19,581 nt of DNA from Octopus sinensis. Lineage: Eukaryota. This document shows, piece by piece, positions 9,412 to 19,105 of this stretch; position 1 is the stretch's first letter, and each line of letters starts with the position of its first letter. A program made the translations under genes and the position numbers. Below the pieces are notes generated by a model, which saw only the letters and a list, made by a program, of their open reading frames with translations, had not been told where the DNA came from and searched no databases. Location: NCBI RefSeq assembly GCF_006345805.1, contig NW_021824201.1:1-19581 (forward strand), in the 5' to 3' direction.

Positions 9412-12400
9412 ATGATCAAGATTGGTTGTGTAAATGCGCGTGGCTTGGGGTCCCCTTGGAAACAAGGGTACCTCTTAAATGACATAAAGTCACATAAGTT
9501 AGAAATCATAGCCATAAGCGAGACCAGACTCCACAATCCGCGGGCCCTAAAGACCATGTTTGGCGGACAGTTCAACATTTATTTTTCCCCCTGTCTGCCG
9601 AGAATGGGCGGTAGTGGCACCGCGGTACTTTTTCACAAGAGTCTGGATCTCAATGTAAGGACATATTCGTAGACCCGAGGGTAGACTGGTCGTCCTGGAT
9701 GTCGACGGCAGCAATGGGTGCGCTTTTCGGCTCGTATCAGTTTACGCGCACCGCCCATTAACAGGTCGGGCGGATTTCTTTCAACGTCTAGAAGTTTCTT
9801 GGGAACGTCTCGTCCTTTACTCTTAGTGGGGGATTGGAATGCTACCTTGGACACGCATGTAGACTACGTGGGTAGAGATGGAATAGACGGGGATGAAATG
9901 CCTCAGAACCTGCTCAGCACGCTTTCAACTGTCTGACAGGTTTCGACTAGACCACCCGAATGCGCCAACGTGGACATGGAGCAACGCATCGGGTCGTCGA
10001 GATCGTATCTAGATAGGATACTGTGTAGGACAGTAGATAAGATAGCATAGGATGTCCACAATTCCACATAGTCAGCTACACGGATCACAAACTGTGACAT
10101 GTATACGCTAGACTTAGGTAAGACACTTAGGCAGGGTCCCGGATACTGGAAACTAAACGCGTCTTTCCCATCGAGACAAGTTTTCAGAGACCGGATTAGC
10201 ACACTAGTAAGAGGGCTTTGACGGGAGCCATCATCAACAACAAATGGTGGTTTGCCCTCAAGAGAGCAGTAAAAGCAGAAGCGATTAGGTACAGCAAGCA
10301 AAGCACTAGCCATAGATAGAAATAGAGTAGAGGGTGAGCTAGTTAAAGCTAGAAGAGGCAATTAGAAGCGGCATCGCATCCAACTTTTTGGCGGCGAGGT
10401 TGGCCTCGACCAACACTTCAACGCCAAACACGAAGGATGTGCTGTCAGAGCTAGGATGCGTGCTCTAAGGAACGAAGGTGTTGGAGCCGCGAGAGAGGCC
10501 GGGTGGCAGAGGCGCAACAGGGCAACAAAGCCACCATTCGGTCACTGGTAGATGAACAGGGGCGCGAATTGCTCGAGCCAAGTAAAATGTGTGAGGCCTT
10601 TCAGCAGCATTTTGCCCGACTGTTCGGAACGAGTGGAGGGCAAGAACGTAGGGTGGACTTCAGTGCCTACCTACATAGCCTACCACGACTCTCGACAAGA
10701 AAGGCAGGGTGCTGCGAAGGTGCCATCACGGCGGCGGAAGTGCGGGAAGCGATGGCAGAATGCTCGAGGGACAAATCACCGGGTTTGGATGTCTACCCTA
10801 CGAGCTTTACAATTGTATGCCAGACTTGTTTGGAGATCTCTTGGCGGCGGTGTACTGCAACTGGCAGCAAACGGGAGCATTCCTGGTTTTGTGAGCCGAG
10901 GAGCCGTAACACTGCTGAAGAAAGATCTAAACAAGGGAAATGTAATAGATAACTTTAGGCCCATCACTCTGCTTAATGCAGACTTGAAAATTTTGGCCAA
11001 GGTGCTAGCCAAGAGGTTGGCGCTTGTCATCGAGAAACTGGTCGACAAGGCGCAAACATGCGCCGTGCCAGGCCGGACCATCCATGACAACCTCCATCTG
11101 ATGCGCTACATCATAGACAGGGTAGTTAACGAACCTGGCATGGGTGGGGCCCTGATCAACTTGGATCAATCAAAAGCCTTTGATAGGGTAGACCATCGAT
11201 ACTTGGAGGCAGTCCTGAGAGCGGCTGGTTTCGGTCCCGTCTTCCGCGGCTGGATAGCTGCCTTGTACAGAGGCATCCGTTCGGTAATTCGCGTAAATGG
11301 ACATCTATCGAGACCTTTCGACATTGCACGTTCGGTCCGTCAGGGATGCCCCCTCTCGGCGCTTCTATACGTATTGACTCTTGAGCCACTACTGCGGAAG
11401 CTGGCGACTCTAAGGGGCATCCCGCGAGAATTGGGATGCGGGACGAGCGTGTCTGCATACGCGGACGACGTCACCGTCATAGTGTCTAGCCACGAGCACA
11501 TCGAGCTGGTCGACGAGACACTGAAAAACTACGAAGCGGTGACAGGAGCGAAAATCAACCGGGAAAAGTCAGTGGGCTTGCGACTAGGCCCTGGAGAAGC
11601 AAGCCATGCCGTCCACCAGCGCCTCCGTCGTGGGACGCTGGACCGACGGCCCGGTGAGAGTGCTCGGGTCTGGTTTGGTCGGCCGGACCTCCAAGTGGAG
11701 AAGAACTGGAACGAGATAACGAGTAGGGTGGTCACTCTCGCCCGGCAATGGCCGAGAGGAAACTGTCCCTAAAAGGTCGAGCGAGGTGGCGAACACGTAC
11801 ATCGCGTCCGTCCGCTACTCTACCGCCTGACCGTCGTACCTTGTCCCGACCCTACCATCACCAAACTACAACGCATCCTCTTTCGCTTCTTGTGGAAAGG
11901 ATGCGTCCGATGGTCAGGCGATCCATTTCTGTCAACACCCCGTTAAAAGGAGGGCTGGGCATGCCGTGGTTGATGATGCGCAGACACGCGCTGAGACTGC
12001 GACATCTCTGGCTCTATGTAGACGACGGTGAACAGGTGTGGTCGCCGTTTGTGAGGCACGCTTTCCCGCAGCTCGTCTCCATGACCGAACTGCAGTCGTG
12101 GATCAAAAAGAGGCCGAGGAAGGGCGAATGGCACCGCGAGTGTCGCGTTGCTCTCAAGCAACTCTGCCGTCCTGGGTCGACCTTAAGTGACTTCAACACA
12201 ACCAAAGCATTCTATAGGGGTTTAGTGGAGGGGAGGTACGACGACGAGCTCGGGGCGAACCTGGACGTCGACGAGGAGTACCTGACCCGCCTGTTCGGAC
12301 GACTTTCGGGCCAGGGGCCATGGACAACTTCCAGAGATCCCTGGCCTGGCAGTGCTACCGAGAAGCGCTACCCGTTCGGGATAAGCTCTACAGACACGGC

Positions 12401-12840
12401 TCGAGAAACACGGGGCCGACCTGCCCGAGATGCGGTCAGAGAGCGACGAAACCGTTCTGCACGCACTCGTTCAGTGTCCAACAATTTCCGACCTGTGGGC
12501 TTATGCGAACAACTGCTGTCACGTGTGGGACGAGTCGGTTTATCAGCTGAGTCTATCGTCAATATTGTCACGCCTCCTTCCTTCAAACGGGAAGGAAGAG
12601 CTATTTTCATCATCCTTGTGGCTATGGCGAAAGAATGTATCTGGTGGACGCGTCTGAAAGGATTGGAGACAAACACTTTCCTCTCTGGTCAATCTCTCAT
12701 CAACTTCTTCAGTACCACTTGAAAAGGAAAGTGAGAGTAGAGAGGCAAGTTTTGTCTAGCGAATGTTTTAAAAAAGATGGGTGAATGTAGCAAGAATGGC
12801 ACGTATGAATGACGAAGCCACCTTGAGCATAGTCCTATGA
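9412..12840 (+). pseudogene. LINE ORF2p: AP-endonuclease, reverse transcriptase and C-terminal CCHC; frameshifted
   Basis: Endonuclease motifs: CVNARGL, ISETR, GTAVL, GDWN (9829-9840), SYLDRI, TDH (10080-10088), then GYWKLN (10141-10158). RT motifs: NFRPITLL, LDQSKAFDRV (11161-11190), QGCPLS (11341-11358), YADD (11458-11469), GAKINREKS. C-terminal CPRC...H...C at 12422-12477. The last frame ends KRWVNVARMARMNDEATLSIVL-TGA at 12838-12840. Confidence 0.96.
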
Positions 12841-13149
12841 ACCCAGAAATCGAAAACAGAGAGTTGCTTATTTGCAAAAAAAAAAAAAAAAAAAAAAAAA
12901 AAGAAATATAAAATGTGACTTCATTGACCGAGGTTACCGTGGTCTTTTCCGCAGGCTTTTCTTTCCACGGGTAAACCTCACCTGTCCTCCCCTTTACACT
13001 TCATATTGACATTTCTGTGATAACGATCCTATTGATCAATTTTTTTTTCTCCTCCCCCTTTTTTTTTTTTTTTTTTTTTTTTTTAAACCCCCCCTTTTTT
13101 TGTCCTCTTTCTCTCCTTTACGATCCCTTTTGATCGAAACTCCCCCTTC

Positions 13150-13181
<32 letters not shown>

Positions 13182-13251
13182 CTTCAAAAGAAAAGCTCTA
13201 CCTTGTAATTTGTTCTATCTGTGTGCAGCCCCTGTGTGGCTAATAAAGAAA
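12841..13251 (+). other. LINE 3' UTR with internal poly(A)/poly(T) expansions and AATAAA at 13242-13247
   Basis: Lies between the ORF2 stop and the microsatellite. It is homologous to 1126-1455, which lacks the long homopolymers. Confidence 0.85.
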
Positions 13252-13730
13252 CATATCTATCTATCTATCTATCTATCTACCTATCTATATACCTACCTAT
13301 CCATCTCTCTCCCCCCTCTCTCTCTCTCTATATATATATATAGAGAGAGAGAGAAATAGTGAAAGAGAGAGAGAGACAGAGTTGCTATTGTAACTGTAAA
13401 TCTGTGAATGAATGTCTATACTTAGGTAAAGGTGTGCATGAATATACAGAAATGTATATACATGCTACAGTGTGAGTATATATATGTATGAATATATTTG
13501 TGTTTGTGAGTGTATGTGTATGTATATGTATTTATGTATGTATGTATGTATGTACATATATATATATATGTGTGTGTGTGTGTATGTATATATCTATATA
13601 TGTAATGTATGTATATGCATGTGTATCTATGCATATGTGTCAATGGTTGTGTGTATATACATATGTATGTGTATGTGTGTGTATGTGTGTGTGTGTGTGT
13701 GTGTGTGTCTGTGCATGTGTGTATACAAGC
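13252..13730. repeat. (TATC)n, (CT)n, (TA)n, (GA)n and (TG/TATG)n microsatellite cluster
   Basis: Direct reading. Confidence 0.9.
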
Positions 13731-13949
13731 GAGAAATATTCAATCGGTTGCCATGGTTATTAATGGACACGCTGAAATTAAAATATTTCCTGTTTTTGTA
13801 TTTGTCTTGTTTTTTCTATTATATATTACTTTTATTTTTTTGTTTTATCTATTTACTTATTTGTTTATTTATTTATTTATTTATTCATTATACGTCTTCC
13901 CGGGTGTGTTTACCAAAGTCTCCAAACACTGGCTTTCACACAACAACAG

Positions 13950-14132
13950 ACACACCGAAAACAATAAGAACAACAGCAACAACAACAAAAACAACAACAA
14001 CAGCAGCAGCAGCAGCAGCAAGTACAACAAAACCGGCAGCAACAATAACAGCAACATGGCCGACAACAAGAGTAAAAACAACTTCCATCGTTTTCGAAAC
14101 CAACAACAGCAACAAATACTATAAAAACAACG

Positions 14133-14166
<34 letters not shown>

Positions 14167-14266
14167 GCAACAGTAACGACATAGATACCCCACCCCACCC
14201 AAAAAAGAGAAAAGAAAGAAAAACGCTGATAAAAATGAAATCGACTTCAGCAACAATAACAATAGC

Positions 14267-14307
<41 letters not shown>

Positions 14308-14540
14308 TAATAATAATAATAACAATAATAATACTAATAATAATAATACACACAACCAACAGCAATAATAATAATAATTAATAATAATAATAATAACAAT
14401 AATATAATAATAACAAGAATAATATAATAAGAATATAACAACAAAACAAACAGCAATAATAATAATAATATAATAATAATATAATAATATAATAATAATA
14501 ATAATAGCAACAGCAACAACAACAGTACCAACATTTGAAT
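13950..14540. repeat. Compound (AAC)n/(AGC)n/(AAT)n microsatellite region
   Basis: Direct reading. Confidence 0.93.
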
Positions 14541-14571
14541 TGCTGCAAAGAACAATAACAAACGCGATAAT

Positions 14572-15030
14572 ACTTGTGAGGGAATTTGCTGGACAGAAAC
14601 TGTGCGGAAACCCGATGTGTGTAAATATACATATATGTGTGTGTCTGTTAGTATAAATATAGATATATATGTGTGTGTGTGTATTTGTGGGTATACATAT
14701 ATATATGCATATATATATATGTATTTATATGTATGTATGTGTGAATGTGTGTATTTGCGTGTGTATGTGTATACACACATCATTTGTGTGTGTGTGTCTG
14801 TGTCTGTGTGTGTGTGTGTATGTGTGTGTGTGTGTGTGTCTGTGTGTCTCAGTATCCCACACCCGCTTGACAACCAATGTTGCTTTGTTTATGTTCTCTG
14901 TAACATAGCGGTTCGGTAGAAAGGAACCAATAAATTAAGCATCGGACTTTATTCGTCTTACTAAACCTTCTAAGATGGAACCCCAGCATGGCCACAGTGC
15001 AATAACTGAAATAAGTAAAAGGTTAACGAG
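14572..15030 (+). mobile_element. Degraded interspersed repeat (probable headless SINE) containing an internal (TA/TG)n tract
   Basis: Its 3' end CCAGCATGGCCACAG (14983-14997) recurs exactly in inverted orientation at 18231-18245, and both are followed by similar A.TGAAA.A.GTA and A-rich tails. The 5' boundary and inclusion of the 14620-14860 microsatellite are inference from recalled octopus repeats and were not verified. Confidence 0.5.
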
Positions 15031-15087
15031 TAAAGAATAGAGGTTGGTAACGTCATCAACAACAACAAAAACAACGATATACACACA

Positions 15088-15490
15088 ATAATAACAAAGT
15101 AGGTACAGGACGTGGAATTGGGGTGAAGGAGGAGGGGGAGTCTGTTACATTGATCCCAGTACGCAACTGGTACTTAATTTATCGACCCAGGAAAGGATGA
15201 AAGGCAAAGTCGACCTCGGCGGAATTTGAACTCAGAACGTAATGACAGACGAAATACCTACTTCTTTACTACCCACAAGGGGTTAAACACAGATAGGACA
15301 AACAAGGACAGAAAAACGGATTAAGACGATTATATCGTCCCCAGTGCGTAACTGGTACTTATTTAATCGACCCCGAAAGGATGAAAGGCAAAGTCGCCCT
15401 CGGCGGAATTTGAACTCAGAACGTAACAGCAGACGAAATACCGCTAAGCATTTCGCCCGGCGTGCTAACGATTCTGCCAGCTCGCCGCCT
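15088..15490 (-). mobile_element. tRNA-derived SINE (type C), partial dimer; first monomer ends in a Tx1-LINE-like tail
   Basis: Head GGCGGCGAGCTGGCAGAATCGTTAG with B-box GAGTTCAAATTCC (15405-15417). Central GACTTTGCCTTTCATCCTTTCGGGGTCGATTAAATAAGTACCAGTT resembles Nin/Deu-type SINE domains. A ~104-nt unit is duplicated (15155-15258 vs 15340-15442, about 10 differences). Confidence 0.87.
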
Positions 15491-15574
15491 ATGCTAATGC
15501 CGCTAAATATTTACTTCGGTACAGTGACAATTCTACCTGATCGCTCCTTTAATCTGTAACATCAATAATAATTC

Positions 15575-15680
15575 TTCTAATACAGGCCCAAGGTTTGAAA
15601 TTTGGGGAAATGAGGGAGATGGAGAGGGTTAGTGTATTACATCACCCGTCTGTGTCTAACTGATAATTTATTTTATCCAC
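15575..15680 (-). mobile_element. Degraded 3' fragment resembling the end of SINE type C
   Basis: Minus strand AAAATTATCAGTT...GATGTAATACACT-pyrimidine run-CCCCAAATTTC parallels AAGTACCAGTT...CAATGTAACAGACT-pyrimidine run-CCCCAATTCC at 15100-15175. Confidence 0.4.
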
Positions 15681-16069
15681 ACTGCGGTTTTACTTAAGTG
15701 GCTACTAACGATTAGGCATGCCTGTAAATATAGCATCATGCTAATCATTTAATAGTTGAGAAGAAATAATTCAATTATTTCAAGCCCAATTTGAAACTGC
15801 AGATACGAGTTTGTACCCCAAGTACTAACATTCTATTATATTCCTTTTATTTTATTTCATTTATTTTTTTTACCTCTGTACGTGGGGGTATTTATTGTAT
15901 TCCTTAGCTTGACAAAGATATGGTATAACGAGGAAGATAAATATGTAAATTACGCTTCACCTTTCGTCCGACTACTTGCATGGTGTGTATAGAGCACTCT
16001 TAAGACTACTCACGAACAAGAACAAGAGCAGCAGCATGATCAGCAGTTGTAACAGCGTCATCAAAAGCG

Positions 16070-16071
16070 AC

Positions 16072-16129
<58 letters not shown>

Positions 16130-16139
16130 GCTGCTACTA

Positions 16140-16180
<41 letters not shown>
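16070..16180. repeat. (ACT)n microsatellite
   Basis: Direct reading. Confidence 0.95.
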
Positions 16181-16182
<2 letters not shown>

Positions 16183-16520
16183 AGGAACGAGACATACGAC
16201 ATGAAAGCCAACGGGATTTTCTCTATGTAGTCGCTTGATCTGCTAGAAATACCAGCGAAATCCTCAGTCGATTACACCTTGCCGGTTTGAAAACGGCAGG
16301 TGACATTGTAGTACATGATATACAATGACTAAGAAAGAGGAGGAGAGATGAGGCGGGACGGTTTGGTGGTTGTTAGTTAGAATTTCTTTGGGCATATGTC
16401 TGATTAGTCGCGGCTGGTCAACGGATAAACAAAAGCAACAACAACGAAAATAGTAGGACACAAAACGCTGAAACACCAACAACCAGTAAAAAAAAAAATT
16501 TAATCACAATGTTAAAAAGC

Positions 16521-16836
16521 GGTTCTCCGTCGATTACGACGAAGAGTGTTCTAGTTGATCCGATCAATTTCACAGCCAGCTCGTGAAACTACCGTTCAAG
16601 TGGCTGAGCACTCCACAGACACGCGTACACTTAATGTAGTTCTCAGTGAGATCCACATAATGTGACAAGGCTGGGACCATGGAATTACATGTAGTACTAC
16701 TCATTTTTTTGCCAGCTGAGTGGAACAGCCAGAAAAAAAGTGTCTCGCTCAGGACACGACGCGCCGCCGGGAATCGAACCCACGATTTTACGATCGTGAG
16801 CCGAATATCTCTAACCACTTAGCCACGTATCTCTCC
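16521..16836 (-). mobile_element. tRNA-derived SINE (type A), second copy
   Basis: Minus strand reads GATACGTGGCTAAGTGGTTAGAGATATTCGGCTCACGATCGTAAAATCGTGGGTTCGATTCCCGGCGGCGCGTCGTGTCCTGAGCGAGACACTT, with a clear A-box and B-box (GGTTCGATTCC). The body is colinear with 2731-3030. Confidence 0.88.
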
Positions 16837-17559
16837 ACTAATGTCAAACACAAAACTACAGTCGTAAACAACACAATTATTCCGCTAATGTTAGATATGT
16901 TGTTTCCACCTTTCCAACTGCAGAATGTGTAATCCGATCCCGACGAATGGAGATATGTGCAAAATGTATTAGCCAAAAGCATTTCCTATTTATTCGTTAA
17001 TTTATTTATCTGATTATTTATTTATTATTGCACTTTAATTTTCTTTGCTCTATCGCATCATATAAAAAAATGTCTGCGTTGTCGTGTTTCTTGTACTAAA
17101 TTCCTGGAAATAATATGTTGTCTTGCCCGACAGAGCTCTTCTTTTTGTTAACTTATTTCATACGTTATTTTATCAAAAAAAAAAGACAAGAAAAACAGTA
17201 ATAATTCCATCACATCTCCCGTCTCTCCCTGTTCCTCCCTCCCCGGTCTCTCTCTCTCTCTCTCTCTCAATCTCGTACACTCTTCAGCTTGAGGATCTTT
17301 CTTGTTTGTTCTTCGCTGTTTTGCTTCTCTGTCCCTTCTGTGACTCATTGACTCTTCCTGAATTTTCGTTTGTCTACTTTTTATATACGCATAAATTTTA
17401 AGAGAAATAACACGAAACCAAACGCGCGCGTGCGCACTCATTTGATGTTTGTTTCTATATTAAATACGAAAAAGCAATTTACATTAAACCGAAGTGTTAC
17501 TCAATGTTTTCAAGTAAAGTATATATTTCTTAAATTTTTCCATGGCAAACTTAATAATA

Positions 17560-17757
17560 TATACATCCATATACACACACATATACAAACATACGTACAT
17601 AAATATATATATATATACATACATGATGCATATATACATATATACCTTTGGATAGAAGTGTGTGTGTGTGTATGTAGAGAGAGAGAGAGAGAGAGAGTAA
17701 AGTCTATTTGCCAAAGTAACGTGGCAATCCTAATTAGGACGGTGTTACTATCTTTAT

Positions 17758-17790
<33 letters not shown>

Positions 17791-18030
17791 TTATATATAT
17801 AATATATATATAAATATTTATATATCATATATATATAATATATATATACGGATATATATGTATTATATGTGTATATATTATATATATATTATGTATATAT
17901 ATATATATGTATATATATGTATATAATATATGTATATATAATATATATATATGTGTGTGTGTGTTGTGTGTGTGTGTGTATGCTGTCTGTGTATATATAT
18001 ATTATATATAATATCTAGATATATATATAT
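17560..18030. repeat. Degenerate (TA)n/(TG)n/(GA)n microsatellite cluster
   Basis: Direct reading. Confidence 0.9.
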
Positions 18031-18184
18031 AATACAAAATGGGACAAGTGCGCAAAACATCTAGAAAGACGATACAAGGAAAACAAGGACGGGTCTTTCG
18101 AAGTTTTCTCTCCTCAGTCAAGTATCAGATTATCTTCTCAATTTCGGATGATTATACTTGAGATTGCTCCATCTGGCCAGCCAT

Positions 18185-18255
18185 ATTCATTCATTCTTTC
18201 TTTTATACACTACATGTTTCAATCGAATTGCTGTGGCCATGCTGGAACATCGCCT
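18185..18255 (-). mobile_element. 3'-terminal fragment of the repeat at 14572-15030
   Basis: 15-nt exact inverted match plus a similar downstream motif and tail. Confidence 0.55.
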
Positions 18256-18278
18256 GTGCTCTCTCTCATAGACACATA

Positions 18279-18279
<1 letters not shown>

Positions 18280-18327
<48 letters not shown>

Positions 18328-18456
18328 TGTGTGTGTGTGTGGTGTGTTGTGTGTGTGTGTCTATATATATATATGCATATATATATGTATATATATGTGT
18401 GTGTATATAATATATATATAATCATACATACATACATACATACATACATACATACA

Positions 18457-18489
<33 letters not shown>

Positions 18490-18490
18490 C
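18280..18490. repeat. (TA)n/(TG)n/(TACA)n microsatellite cluster
   Basis: Direct reading. Confidence 0.93.
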
Positions 18491-19105
18491 CTAGCTTGTC
18501 ATATTAAGGCATTTGATTTAGATGGTTGAAGGTGTGGGCTCACTCCAGTGTAGTGGTTAGTACGGGCATACGGCTTATGACACAGGCTTGAGATTCGGCT
18601 ATTCCGCATCTGATATGCACGACGCATGAGTAGGCAATCAATTGTCTGTGCATCTGTGTTGTTGTAGCTTCTATGTGTGTGTGTGAGTGTGAGTGTGCGT
18701 ATAAGTGTGTGCGTGCGTGGGTGCGTCCGTGTGTGTGTATGTGTATGTGTGTGTGTGTTCATATTAGATATTGCATGGAAGACAAGAGATGGTGTCGAAA
18801 TGGAGACATGACAATAAATACCTTCTAAATCGCTTTTAATTTCAAACACTAAAAATACCCTACTCAATCTGCCAGAAGTAGCAGCCAAATCACACCTCGC
18901 TGTCTTAAAAAAATAACGCATTGGCCAATATTGGTTAAGATATACGAGATATACAAAAGGTTGATCACGCTTGAAATGCTTTTGATCATTGAACTCTGTA
19001 GCTACAACTGACTCAGGGCTAAACAACATGTAGTTGAAACGTACGTGCCTTCAGTAACTGATGCTATCAACAGCATGCTCTCTACATAATTACCGAGGCA
19101 ACTGA

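Larger units (their letters stand above)
7994..13251 (+). mobile_element. Near-full-length non-LTR retrotransposon, L1 superfamily, Tx1-type; frameshifted; 5' UTR apparently missing
   Basis: ORF1 with a CCHC knuckle, ORF2 with APE endonuclease, RT and C-terminal CCHC, and a 3' UTR ending AATAAAGAAA. Candidate TSD CTACCTATCTATAT at 7980-7993 and 13277-13290. The Tx1 assignment rests on domain order and motifs (GYWKLN, AQTCAVPGRTIHDNL). Confidence 0.93.

Noticed and set aside
12865-12902. Poly(A) run as the LINE's true 3' end
   Set aside because: Homology with the 1091-1455 copy continues ~350 bp beyond it, and that copy lacks the run.
15155-15442. CRISPR-like repeat-spacer unit
   Set aside because: Only two ~104-nt units, explained by SINE dimerisation, in a eukaryotic context with no cas genes.
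18088-18117. Minus-strand CTGAGGA-GAGAAAACTTC-GAAA-GACCC-GTC hammerhead-like string
   Set aside because: Core and a weak stem II are present, but stem III mismatches and there is no stem I complement. It may be a repeat relic (18035-18182) but cannot be supported as a ribozyme.
2224-18507. The many poly-I/Y/L/V/T/C/H ORFs in the track
   Set aside because: Translations of simple repeats, or antisense and alternate frames of the LINE.
18548-18560. tRNA A-box-like GTGTAGTGGTTAG
   Set aside because: No convincing B-box at suitable spacing.
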